NCBI GenBank assembly: GCA_008636045.1
Contig: SNRW01000010.1
Coordinates: 1-48,301 of the forward strand
DNA: 48,301 bases
Reading direction: 5' to 3'
From: Streblomastix strix
Taxonomy: Eukaryota
The notes under the pieces: generated by a model
Told to the model about the DNA's origin: nothing
What the model saw: the letters and a program-made list of their open reading frames with translations, nothing else
Databases searched by the model: none
Part shown: positions 1 to 14,100 of the stretch, piece after piece
Numbering within the stretch: the first letter of the stretch is position 1
How the letters are laid out: each line of letters starts with the position of its first letter
Program-made: the position numbers and the translations under genes

Positions 1-3000
1 CAATATATTGACTTTTCTATTTTCATATTTAAATATAGAATTTTTGATCTTTTGTTTATACTTTCTCGAGATGGAATATGGAACATTATTTAATTTAATA
101 TATAATAGCAATAATTTAATACTATATTGAGTGGAGATATTTCATAAGCATTCTTCGTAAGTAATAATAGAAGTAAAATAGATAATAGTATAGATCTAGA
201 TAATATATAATAGTATGTTTCAGTTAGATTATAATCTCACATTTAGAATAGAAGAATAATTGAATCAATTCATACTTAAAGAGAAAAAGAAAATGAAGTT
301 GAAATAATTTCTGGTATTATTTGTGCAACTGATGAATGTTGTCTGGTTGGAATATTGCTTTCTATTTCTATATCAAATTCTTTATAACCAACAAACATTC
401 ATTGCAGAACAGTTAAATAGATGTTATTACATTATTGTGATGATCAAGGTTTGAATCCTTCTTCTTCTGTTTATACTCCATTATCAACAATGAAAATAAT
501 TGGAGATAATAAAATTAATGCTGATGTAAGAATTAAAACATCATAAATGCGATAATAATAATACCAATAATAAATTTAATCAATATTTGATTAAACATAT
601 ACAACTGATGAATAGCTTTCTTTATTTCATTCTCATTCCCTTCGTGGTATTAAGGAAATAAGATATATATGTCCAATTAATTTATACAATATTAGTTATT
701 AATTATCATCTCATAATTAGTAGACAGATAAATTCAATATAAATTCTGAAGTATTTATTCTATATCAATCAATACATTCATTCATTCTTTGCTCTTAAAT
801 TAATATTAATTGGAAAAATGGACTTATTAATAATGGTACTATTTAGGTATATTAATATAATATATATGAGAAATTATTAATAAATATATTATCAATATAT
901 AATTATATTCAATCTTATATATAAATATTATATTATATTCTATATTCATAATAGTTAGGTCCTCTTGATCCAACAACAACTTTGATTATAAATGTTAGGG
1001 AAGCTATTCAATAATAACTTTATTGGAATGAATATTATATTCATTAGTAATAATTATAATAGAATGAATAATAATAAGAATAAGAATGGAAATATGAATA
1101 AGAAGCTTTATTTACTCTTTTTCCTTCATTTCATGAATAATAAGGATCTTCTTCATTACAATTGTCTAATTAACTTCTATTCCCTTCATAAATAACTTCA
1201 TTGCATTAATTAACTTCCAATTCTTCATCTCAATAAGAACAACAAATATAATAATAATAATAATCAACTATTCTTCCACTTAATCCATACTCAGCAATTA
1301 ATAGTCTATCTTCGCCAATTACTAATAAACTTCTATTAGATTATTAATAAAGAGGTATTACATATGATTATATTATAATGGTTTTACAAATTAATTATTT
1401 ATTCTCTCATTTATTATAATAAGGTCATTTCCCTCCACTTATATTCATATCATCATCTGGTCTTATACTTCTTTCTTCTTATTCTTCTTCTTCTTCTTCT
1501 TCATTCTAAATCTAATCTCATTTCACTCCATATCCATCTGTACTTCATCATCCTCCTACAAGTGCTGTTATTGTTATGAATGAATGAATGGAGGAATAAT
1601 CAATGGGAATTAATGAGAATAATAATATGAAGGATATAGAAAATGAAAAAGAAAAGAAAAATGATAAAGAAATAATCTAAAATTAATCTCATATACCTTC
1701 AACTATATTACATATTCCTTTCTCTTTATAGATATTCATTTCATCTGGACATTAACTTCTTTCTTTCTTTTCTTTTAATTAATCATCTATTTCGTTATTT
1801 CCAAATAAACATCTTGGGAAAATAATTGAAATATAACAGAATATTAAATAAATAGAATAAATGAACAAAGATAATAAGAATATTGAGATATTAAGATAAT
1901 AAGACGGAGAAAAAGAAATAATATAATAATTATATTCATAATAATAAGTGCATTATATATTTATTAGCACTATTCAAGGATCACCATTCCTATATTATAT
2001 ACCAAATATATATTAATAGAAGTAATAATAGATTAAATAAATATAATAAAAAAGAAATCGTAAACCTTATTCACTTCAGTTTCCAAATAAATAAAAAATC
2101 TCAAATCTTCTTCTTTAGAATATAATTAAACCTAAATGTTCAATTGGCATCATAATTCCATACTCTTGATCTTCTGATTAGTTTGATATGATACAACCTT
2201 CTATGTTTATATTAGGAAATGGAACATAGATGTGCGGATAAATACAAATATATTCAAATTAATTATAAATACAGAATGAAAATGAATAATTAATTCCATT
2301 ATTGATGGTAAAAGAATATGAATTGAAGGAGAAGAATGAAGAATAAGAAATAATTGTATCATAAGATATTGAGAATAATAAAGAATTAATAAGAGATGAT
2401 TAATAAGATTAAATTTAATTACAAACATCATACTAAAAATAACCAATTCAATTCACAAATACAATTATTGAGCCATATGATATGTTTTCTATTTAAATTG
2501 AAGGGAAAATAATAAAAAGAAAAGAGGAAGAAGATAATATTATTAGTAAGGATAATTAAGAAAATAATATTCAAGCATCAATTATTCTTTTTACTGGGTT
2601 TATTAATGAGTCAAATAATGAAAGCAATTATATTTAAAGAGAAGAAGAATAAATTGAATTTAATAAGATTAATGAATAATAAGAAAAAGAATTGATTTAT
2701 AATAAAATGGGTAACTTATTGTTTATACGAATGAATGAATAATAAAATAACAATAATTCAATTATGATTCCAATTCATCTTTATAAACTAGGTATTGCAT
2801 CTTATGGACAAACATAATAATTATCTTCTCTTCTTATTCCTCTTCTTCCTTCATAATATTCTTAATCTCAATAATAATCCATCTAATCAGTATAATAATA
2901 ATCTAAACCTTCTTTCTTCTCATTCTTATCATCTAAATAACCTCAGTAACCATAATACAGCCAATAAGAATAATAAATATAACAATAAATATAATAATTA

Positions 3001-6000
3001 TATGAGTAAGAACATTCATTTTTGATTATTCAAGTAACTAATAAAGAAATTAGATTATCTGTTCCATTATCATTTTGTTTTAATAATGAAAACAATAATG
3101 AAATTAAAAATATGAATAGAAATAAATACCATAATGCCATTCATTCAACACTTTAATATTCTTCTTTTTCTTCTATTGTACATCCACATCCATTTATATT
3201 CAATGTTTCATCTCTTAATAATAATAATAAGATTTAATAATAAATATCATCAACATCTTCATTTTAATCTTTATCAACATAGTAACCTAAATATATTCAT
3301 ATTTCATCATCATCTATAACTTCAAATATAATATATATTGTTGTAGATTAAATAGAATTACACATATTTGTTGTAGTAGAAGGAAAATTTGTTAAGTTAT
3401 AAGTAGAAAATGAAAAAGAAAAAGAATAATCAAAAGAAAAGAAAAAATAAATAACTGAAAAGAATGAAATATTTTATCCGTTTCGTCTTTTACATATTTA
3501 TCCTCCAAATGCAACATCACAAACTTTTATTTAAACTTTTGATCAATATTCTGCTATTCATATTCTTCATTCATTCATTATTGGCTAGATTCCATTTATA
3601 GTTTTATCTGCTTCACAATATAATAATAAATAATATTAATAATTATTATAATTATATAGAATAGATAATGTAGAATAGTACATTGGAATTAATGAAAAAG
3701 ATGATGATGAGGTTAATTAAACAAATAAAGAAAAGGAAAAACAGAAGAAATAATAATAAACAAAATAATAACAATAAAATATCATAAACAATATAAACAA
3801 TATTGTAACATTTACATTACTCTATTAAACTACATTATAAACATCTTATTATTCATCTTAATCATTTATTACATCTGCATCATCAATACGAATTGATATT
3901 GAAAAAGAAGTAAGAATAAGCAAATTTAAATAAGATGAGACAATTGTATCCAATTAAGTAAAGTCAGATATCAATGATAAAAGCGAAAAGAAAAAGAAAG
4001 AAGAAAAGACGAATATTTCATATTAATTAAATAATGATAAAATAAATAACGATTAATAACTAATGGATATAACATTAATTGTAATTGGTACATCAGATGG
4101 TTAAATGTATAATTATGCCTTTGAATCAGAATAATTGATCAACAATAATAATTCATAATAACCATAATTACAGTAAAAGTAATAAAACATTTAATAATCT
4201 TCTTAATAATATTAAATCCAAATTACCCCACTTAATCTTAATTATATTCCAAAATCATTTCATCCATGTAATCAACCAATTAAATTCTGTCCAATATTAA
4301 GTAATGAAAGCGAATCTAGAATTAATAAATAAATTAATTAGAAAATAACAAAATAATATACATTTCCTCTTCTTATTTCATATGGAAGCATTTCATCTTC
4401 TTCATAAACATCTACTTAATATAATAATTATAATTCAGTACTACTCTATAATACAATAATTAAATAAGCATATTGGAGATGTATTAATAATGGAGTAAAT
4501 GAAGGAAAAGCCATAATGATGATGTCTAATATAAATATGAATAATAAATATAGTGATATAAATGATAACATAAATATATAGAAGGATATTATTACTAAGA
4601 AGATGAAAATGAGAAGAAATAAATAAACATTCAGAGAAATAATAAATGAATTTGAAGAAAGAGAATATATTGAATAAATATATGAATAATAAAGAAAGAA
4701 TAATGATTCAATTACAAACATTTAATAATCATCATCATCTTCTTCTTCTTCTTCTTCTTCTTCATTATCCTTAATTTCTTAATCTCTCTCTTAAATTATT
4801 CATAATCAGTAATAAAGATATAAATTAGCATATTTAACATATCATTCAATACAATAATTAATTAATAATTAATAAACAGTTCCTTTTACAATCCCATTAA
4901 ACATTGGATAATTAAATATATAATAGAAACAAACATCATCAGTATCACAAACATAATTGTATAATAATATGAATAACATTAACACTTACAATAATATTAA
5001 TATTAATATTAATAATACATATTCCCCAATATAATAATTGTCACTTCCTTGTTCTCCATGTTCTATATCATTCTCATATTAATTGAATATTATAATTATA
5101 GCCATTAATTCATATTAATATATTGATTATAAATGTGAATGTTTGGATGATAATGAAGAAGAAGAATATGAATATAATGAATTTAAAGATAATAAGATCA
5201 ATATAAATAAATAAAATATATTTGATTGGGGATCTGATTATAATCCTGCAGAACCTGGTTTGAATTATATTCGTTAATTAATATATAATAATATTTAATT
5301 TTATTATATTCATAATTTTATTCTAATTCAGGAGCGTCCAATTATCCAACTTTATTAATATATTCTCTTAATGATATGAATCAAATACAACAAATAATCC
5401 ATCTTCCTGCAAATATGAAGATCAGAGATATGAAATTGATTGATGATTAAGAAATGGAAGAATATAATAATTATGATTAAGAAAGAAGAAGAGGAAGATT
5501 TATTAATAATTTGAATGAAAATAAGAATAATAAATAATCTTGTTTTGTTGCTATTTCACTTCATGATGATATTCCTGGTAATTATAAAAATATTTTATAT
5601 TTATTTATTTTATCAATTTTTATCTTTTTCATTTTTCATATATAACAGGAATAGCATTTCATGAATTAGATACAAAATCAGAATTAATTACAAATGCCTC
5701 TTAATCATTACCTTCTTCATCTTCTTCATTAATATTTCAATAATAATAGATTAATAGTAATAGTATATTTCAACCTGTGATATAATAATAATCTATATAA
5801 TAATAATAATAATTAACTAGTTAATAATAAGATATTCCTTAACCATTGAACTAATAAACATAAAATTAATAAACATAAAATAGAACTCAAGAATAAGAAT
5901 AGGAAATATAAAGATTAGCTACAAATTATAGTGGACAGGTATTTACTAATATAGTCAATATTTTATTTATTCTATATATTTATTATTTTCTAAATTACTT

Positions 6001-7738
6001 ATTTATTCAGTCATCATAATCATTTGAATCGCCAAGTATTAATGGAATGATTTTAATTTTATAAATTGAAAAAAAGTTGAAAAAGAAAAATAAATAAATA
6101 AAATAAAAAACAGTAATTAATGAGTAAATTACTTAAAAGGATATTAGATAATAATATTAAACAATAAAAGAATATGATCAAAATCCATCTAGTTAATCTA
6201 TACGTTAATAATATACTCCATCGTTTATATCTGCGCATACATTATGCATCACTTCAGTATAAAGGATAATAACAAAAGGAATTCCATCTCATATATAATA
6301 AATTAATAACAGAATATTCTCAGTTGTTGTTCATTGTTCATTGATGATATTTGGTATTACTGAGATTGAGAAGGAGAAAGACTATGAAAATGAAGACAAT
6401 TAGTTAGATTTAAAAGATAAGAGAAATAATGGATAAATAGATGAATAATATAATGAATATGCAGATGATTTTAGTGAAGGTAAAGATGGATAAGCAAATA
6501 AATAAGAAATAAACAAGAATAAAAAGTATAAAAATGAAGAGAAATAAAATGTTCTCTCACATCCTCTACTTACTTTCCTTCCAAAATTAAATAAAAATAA
6601 ATAATCACATAATAATACATTCAATTATTACAAAGAAAGTAAGAATGAAGTCAAGTTAGTATGTTTTGAATCTTTTCAGACTGTCATATTATAACTATGC
6701 GCATAAACTCCAAGATGTGCATTTAATATAAATAATGATAATGATGACACTCTAATTGCAGCCACTTCACTTCCAACTGTAATAACTGTTCTTCGCTTTG
6801 GTATTTCTGAACAATAGATAAAAGAGAATGAAATTAAAAGAATAGGAAATATTGAAGAATAAGAAAGTGGAGGAATAAATAAAAAATCAGTAGTTTAAAA
6901 ATATTCATAACTTATAGATAGTAATAAATTCATTTCACTTAATCAACAGTTTTATCACAGTAATAATTATTAATTAAATAATTATTAGCATCATTAAAGA
7001 GAGAAAGAGTTTTAGATTAAATTGCCTATTCATAAAAGACTCGATTAATTCACACTATAAATTCAAGCTTCTTCTTCTTTGTTTTAATTACCACTTGCAG
7101 TCTCATTTCTACCTCGTATTTCATATTAGTCTTCAACATATAATATTATGTTTTAAAAGAATAATAAACCCAATCATTAATCCTTATTAGTTGTTTCAAC
7201 TCCAGATTTTTATGTCACATTAGGTCTCTAATTAAAAAAGAAGATTATTTAATAATCATAATCTGACCCATTCCAAATTCATTCAACAAATTAAAATAAT
7301 GATTCGACATTTCTTCAACATCCCCTTTAATAATAATAAATTTAATAACCCCAACAAATACCAGAGCATGGTCCATGGTGGGATCCAAGTTCAACATGGC
7401 TAAGAAAGATTTCTATTGCACAATATGAACTCCATTGTATGTCAGCTACTCCTTATTCTGCTGTAAAAACAAAGATTAATGAATAAGGTGTATAATAAGA
7501 CATAACTACTTCTTCTGCATCTTCTCCTATTACTTCATTTACAATTATTTCCTCTCCAAAAATATATGATTCAATGAACAACTCAAACTCAAAACTTTAA
7601 ATACATGAATATTCGGTAATTGGACTCGCATAAAGTGGGGAAATAAAAAGGATTTTTTAATCATCCAATTCAATAGAAAGTTAAAATGATCAATCACAGA
7701 ACGATGTTAAATTTGGTTTAAATACATAACTACATTGA
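1..7738 (+). CDS. Highly expanded DDB1-family (DDB1/SF3B3/CPSF1-type) beta-propeller protein, 5'-truncated by the window edge, >2,400 codons
   Basis: Continuous frame with TAA/TAG=Gln. GT-AG introns at 847-954, 1355-1423, 5258-5331, 5578-5648 and 5939-6010. Motifs are collinear with DDB1: YIFISTIQGSPFLY (~VFVGSRLGDSQL), LIIQVTNKEIRL (~LIQITSASVRL), LIVIGTSDGQMYNY (~LLCALGDGALFYF), ITKGIPSHIQQINNRI (~EVKGAVYSMVEFNGKL), VIGLAQSGEI (~VLFGTVNGMI). Q/N/E/S-rich inserts separate the motifs. In-frame TGA at 1585 and 2167; terminal TGA at 7736-7738. Confidence 0.7.
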
Positions 7739-7828
7739 ACATTTTTTATTATAACTTTATTGACGTGAATGAATTATAAGAGGTATAGAAACGCAGATGG
7801 ATTAAAATATATCAATGCACGAATGTAA

Positions 7829-8366
7829 TCAGTAGATAACTTTAACAACATTTGGTCCCTTAGATGTAATAGCTGGATAATCACTCAGACAGAACAGATC
7901 GAGTAAATCTTTGTCTCCCAATTTCAGAGTCTGAATATCAGTTTATAATAAGTTTTATATTCATATATAAAGTAATTAATAACACACTATTTTTTGGTAA
8001 TCAACGTTAAATCTCTTCTCGATGGCTGTCTTCACATATTCAACTGTCTGCCCCATTGGAACCTGAACAAAGAATGAAAGAAATAATGAAAGAGAATAGA
8101 TAAAAAAAGCAGACTGTGAGTTTGTGCGACTTTCCATCTGGGAACTGCAGAGTAAGTGGTGCAGCAGCTCCACGAGCATTGTCTTCCTGTAATGCTTTGC
8201 TTTTATTACGGTCTCCCTTTTCAAGGTCTGCGATTGTAAGCTTATTTTTCACTTTTTTCTCGCCCGAGCTTTTGCCAATTCGATCAGCTCCATCTTATAA
8301 TTCATCATCCGAAACTTCTACCTCTTCTTAAACATATTCGTACTCTTCCTCGCCTTTCTTTGCCAT
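7829..8366 (-). CDS. Small protein with an acidic N-terminus and a C-terminal ubiquitin-like (beta-grasp) domain, ~142 aa
   Basis: ATG at 8366, introns 8063-8114 and 7931-7987, TGA at 7829. Spliced product: MAKKGEEEYEYV...LTLQFPDGKSHKLTVPMGQTVEYVKTAIEKRFNVDYQKITLKLGDKDLLDLFCLSDYP...VVKVIY. This has the UBL pattern but no C-terminal GG. Confidence 0.75.
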
Positions 8367-9261
8367 TTTCACAACTAAGGGTGTAAAAAAATTGTAGTAA
8401 ACAAGAAAATAAAAAAATGCTCAAATTTATCAAAATTTGTCAGTATAAAATAAATATTATATGTTATATTAAATTACTTAATAGACATGAAGAGTAAATA
8501 AATTAGTTTCACTTTGAAATTAATCGGATACATTTAGAAAACGGAGATAAAATAACTTCATTCAATTTCGCTTAACAGTTTGTACGTTGGTGGTTCGAAG
8601 AATATGAAAATTAAAATAGTTATATTAATGTGCAATGAATGTAAAAAATAGTAAATATATATTATTTGTTGCTCTTAAGCGCGTAGAAATCCAAATTAAT
8701 TTCGCCAGCAGTTTGCAACAAATACAGCTAGAAAGTATTTGCTACCTTAATAGCAAATTGAGTATGACAACTGCCATGAATAAATATGGGTTATAACATC
8801 ATAATGCAAGTTCCAACGCCAGAAAATCTTGAAACAAAAAATTGTGTACGTGCGTATGGAGGCCAAAAAACCGACAATATCCGGTGAGCTTTTTAGTTTG
8901 AAAATTGAGCTTGGCTGAATTATTTGTAATATATTAAAATGCATTTTACACATTGTAAACCAAAATGAATTTTATATTGCTTTAAAAAATAAAACTATTT
9001 TTTCTACACAAATACGCACTTTTACTTCCTTTTATACTATAATATTTCATTTATTCTAGGTTATTTATCACTTTATAACTCTATTAATAACTTTATTATT
9101 CATCTTAATCACCGAAAATCATTTTTATATCCATTTAAATTAAAGTTACATATTTTTGAATTAAAATTTGATTTTTTAACTAATTATCATTATTATTATC
9201 ACTTCTTACAATATTAATTTAATTTTGTAAATATAAATAATATAAATTAAAAGGAAATATA

Positions 9262-10681
9262 ATGGGTTTTTTTTCTGTGACAAATTTATACTCGTTAGCG
9301 ATTATTATAACTTTGATAATTAATCGATATAATCCTTCACTTGAATCAAGTTTCAACTCAGATAAGCTGTGGAATAGAAAATTTCAAATTTCACAGCTTT
9401 TTCTCCCATTTACATCATTACCAATAAATAACATCTTTTGGATAATAAATCTTTGGATAATGTATGCAATATTAGATTTATTATGTAAATTTCTATTTAT
9501 TTACTATTTATTTCTACTTAATTTATATTTATACACTAAATTTATTATAATAAAATATCAGATATTCATCATTCAATGAATTAGAACATGAAATATTTAA
9601 TAATAACTCCAAATAATTCTTTGCATTAATAATAGTAATTTGGGCAGAAATTATTGTATGTTAATTAATTATATCCTATTATTTTTTATATTAATTCTTT
9701 CATATTTTCTAATAGGTTATTGTTTCATTATTATGGAATGTTTTACCAATTGAATAGCTCTTCTTTATGTTCGTCAATTCAGTTTATCGATTTTAATCCT
9801 GGATAATGAGTTATTAGAGAGGATTGCCTCATGGAAGGCAGAATTGATCTATTAAACTTACTTCTGTTCTTTCTCTTCTTCTTTCTCCTCTTATGAATAT
9901 AGTATTCAGTCTTTTCTTTGTAAGTACAGCTGGTTGGACAATTGTATTAATTGTGTTTATATAACAACTCATCTGTATGTTTGCTGATTTCACATCTTTA
10001 CTATTATTCAAATCAAAAATAAGAGCTGTTTCAAATGAAGTTAATTAAGTATAATTACATGAATAATTAAATGAATTAACTCAACAATTAGGAACATTAA
10101 TATAGTTAGGTTAAATCTTTCGAAATTAATCACCAGCCATAAATGGAGTATTAGAAATTGCAAGAGGAGTATCACCTGTAATTGTTCAATTAGTTTAAAA
10201 TAGAAGCAACTCTCCTGCAATTGAGTAGAATGAGTAAGATAATAATCTTGATGTTTAATCGCCTGTAATGAATCCAAGGAGGAGTGTTAGTGCACTACCA
10301 TAAATACTGGATAGAATCGCTAGAAGCACCAGCAGATAATCATAAATTATTGAAGATGTTTAGATGTAACACAATAGCCGTTCACATGCAATGAATTTAA
10401 ATATTACTCGAAATAGGAGTACTTCATAAGTTGTTGAAAATATACAGAATTAAGAAATTAATCATATTTAAGATGAATAGAATGATTTGCAGATAGAATA
10501 AAGGTAAGATATGATTACTGAATCATAGATTAATTCTATTGCTTTGATTTTAATACTAATAGCTATAGGAGGCTTTGTTATTTTGATATTTCTAGTTTGC
10601 CTCTTATTTCTGTCGTTTTATCAAGAAGTTGAATTAATTGCTAATTCTATTATCATAAAAAATATTAAAAATACATTCTGA
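9262..10681 (+). CDS. Derlin-like (rhomboid pseudoprotease) membrane protein with a long C-terminal extension
   Basis: Introns 9462-9561 and 9656-9715. Spliced FQISQLFLPF...NLWIIYSSFNELEHEIFNNNSKQFFALIIVIW parallels Derlin FQIWRPITATF...NLYFLYQYSTRLETGAFDGRPADYLFMLLFNW. An in-frame TGA at 9845 precedes two further hydrophobic helices. The true end is uncertain (TGA at 10679 or 10895). Confidence 0.6.
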
Positions 10682-11138
10682 AAGGTTATCATGTCACGAT
10701 TTCATTCTTCAATCATCGTTATTAATAAATTGTTACTTCAATTATCGAGCTAAGTAGTTAATATTGTGTTTATATTAATTAAAAATAATATTTCTTGTAA
10801 TAATGTTTAACTTTATTTTATAGAATTTAAATATTAAAACTTCCAATTTGATTAGAATTTAATTTTTTAAATTCAAATGCAGCTTAATCACTATTGAAGA
10901 TTGCATAATACGCTGATATTATATTTTTTTAATAATATAATATTTTTGTGTTCATTTTTTAAACGACTATTATAAATATATCATATTTTAATTTGATTTT
11001 TTTTTTAATTTTGCTTTTTAAAACTCTTCATTTTTGTAGTACCAAACAATGCTTATTAGTATTTCTATTAATTTAATTCATATTATCATAATTAATTTGA
11101 TATTAATTTTATACATTTCATATATTTTAATAACAGAA

Positions 11139-14100
11139 ATGGCGTGCTCTTGCCTTGGACCTTCAAGTAGCAAAGGATAATTTAAAGCCATTGCCAAAAA
11201 CTTCCATTTGCCAGATGGAAATGAAGAGCAGTAGAAAATAAGTTATGGAAAACAAGAAAATGACTGTGAAACATTAGAAGTGATCTTCAAGGATAAGAAA
11301 GATGATAATGGTCGTAAAAGAGCTATTGAAGAAGGAGTTGCAGATGGATATTTGCAAATATTTGAGAGCAGAGAGCTAGAATAAATTACATGACCATTTT
11401 CGTAAGCATTCCTAGTACTTACTGAACCAGCTAGTACAGATGTAGTCCTTTTACTCTTCAATAGAAAACCCTTCCCAGGATTAATTCGTCTTCTTCAACA
11501 TTCAGACATTGGAATTGTTAGTGATTCAATGAGATCAATTGTGAATATCCTTTCATCTGGATCAGAATCAACACAAATGTCAGAAACACATCCACATTTA
11601 AGTGCAATGAAGGAATGCAATGGAATTGAGGAGTTATATTCAGTTTATGAGAATAATGGAGACTAAACATGCCAAAATCTTGCATCAATATGTATTGGAC
11701 ATCTTTTCAGAGGTTAAGAAATTGAAAATAAGAAATAAAATATAATTGATAATCTGAAATAACTTCTTATTGATTCTGATGTTTGGATTCGAGAAGCATC
11801 ATAAAGATCTCTTAAAGATTTAGCTCAGAATTTAGAGAATCGTAATGAAATAATGACTGGAGATTTCATGAAGAATATGGCAAGAGATCTTCAATGTAAA
11901 ATCAGTGGTAATGATGAATAAAAGAATGAAACAATGTTATAATAAGAGAAATATTGTAAGATTCTTCATATTTCATTATAAGGAAGAGAAGATGATGATT
12001 TGAGGAAGAAAGCATTGAATTGTGGAGTAATAGAATCTATTCTTCATATTCTTGAATAACGAGATCTAAGTTAGATCACACATCCATATATATTGGTATT
12101 CTATTCTATATTAACTCCATCTAATGAATCAATCAAATAACTGATACTTAGTAAGAAGCCATATAATGGACTTACTCGTATACTATTCCATTCTGATAAT
12201 AATATATGTTTAGATTCAATTAAATCAATTGATATATTACTTTCTTATAAAACAGATTCATCATCATATTGTGATTCTAATCCATAATTTAATGTAATGT
12301 AAGAATGCAGTGGATTAGAAAAGATCTTATCTATATTCTAGAGAAGTAATGTGAAATAGATTAAAGATATTTCATCATTCTGTATTGGAAGATTGTTTGA
12401 AGGAAGATAAATAGATAATGTTATAATAAAGAAAGAAATATTATTTCATCTTAAAAGACTTATTATTGATTCTGAACTACAAACAAATATAACATCAAAA
12501 TCTATTCTTATGGGACTTGTTAAGAATGAAGGTAATTATTTGTTATATTAATTATTCATTATTTGATTTAATTATTAATTAATAAATTAATCATAATATT
12601 TACAACCTTATTATTTAATCAGTGAATCGCTCTGAAATCTTGAAATCTGATCTGATTAAGAATATTGTTGAAGATCTGAAGCAACCACCAAAAGGAGATG
12701 CAATAAAGAAATAAGAAATGAGTTGTGAATTGATATTAAGATTATTTAAAGATAAAGAAGATGAATAAGGAAGATTAATTGTTATTGATGGAAAGATTAT
12801 AGATACATTCATAAACATCTTTGAGAAGAGAGAACTTATATTAATAAGTCGCCCATATTGTGAAGCTTTTAATTGTTTATTAGCACCAGCGAATGATGCT
12901 GTAAAACTGAAGATATTTGGAAAGAAACCTTATTCTGGACTTCTTCGTATTCTTGATCATGAAGATATCAACATCTTAGAAGATATATTATATTCAATAT
13001 TCATTCTGTTATCATCTGGATTGAATACGGTTCAACATTCATAAGTCCATCCTCATTATAAAGTGATATAATAATATGGAGGGACTGAAAAGATTATTTA
13101 ATTATTTAAGAATAATAAGAATAAAAGAACAAAAGATTTTAGTTCTATTTGTTTCTCCTTCCTTTACAAAGCTCGTGAAATAACAGATTCTTTTCAGAAG
13201 AACGAAATAATTCCTCATCTGAAGACTCTTATTTATGATCAAGATGTTCAGATTAAGAAGAATGCAAGAATTGGACTTACACTTCTAGCTGAAAACAAAT
13301 GTATGAATAAATATTTGAATAATACATTAAGTTTATAAATATAACATTAACATTTTATTATTATTCACATCTTTAATAATATTCAGTGAATTGTGAAGAG
13401 ATTCTGAAAGGAAATTTCCTCAATGATATTGTTCATGGATTGAGAAATGAATATGGAGAAGGAAAATAAACATTAGAATAAGAGAAACTTTCAGGTTAAT
13501 GTGAATTTCTTACAGATCTTATTGTAGTATGTAAGAATGATGATGTAAGAAAGATTTGTATATAAGCAGGAATTGGAGATGCATTATTCCGATTCATTGA
13601 GAGTCAAGATCTAAATTCAATATTACAATCACAATTATACACAAATACATTATTTACTCTATTAAATGGTGGATCTGATATACGATAGTAATTATTTGAC
13701 ATAAAACCATATCCTTCACTTCTTCATCTTCTATAACATCCTAATTCTGAAGTAATATTCTAATCTATTTGTTAGATCCTAAAATTCTTAATTAGTGGAT
13801 CAATTGGAGTTCAATATTAATCTTTACATCCTCATATACCAATTATGCAAGATAATAATGGAATTGAAAAGATATTTGATCTTTTTAAGAGAAATTTGGA
13901 CAAAGAAACAAAAGATTATTCATCCATCTGCATTGGGTACCTTTTCAAAGGATAATAAATTATTGATATTGAAATGAAATAAGTTCTTCTGCATCTCATT
14001 AGAATAATTTATGATAATAATGAATATATCAAAGCAAACTCCAAATAAGGACTTAAATTTCTTGCAGAAAACCCAGGTAATGTTTATTTATATAAATTGA

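Noticed and set aside
992..6624. Short N/L/I/F-rich ORFs in the supplied track
   Set aside because: They are off-frame or antisense shadows of the TAR=Gln DDB1-like gene.
8560..8960. Slightly GC-richer intergenic patch with a 68-aa minus-strand ORF
   Set aside because: No recognisable motif, RNA structure or TIR pair.
1..10897. Apparent ubiquitin/ERAD gene cluster (DDB1-like, UBL, Derlin-like)
   Set aside because: These are eukaryotic genes in mixed orientation with no shared regulatory signal visible, so the adjacency is probably chance.
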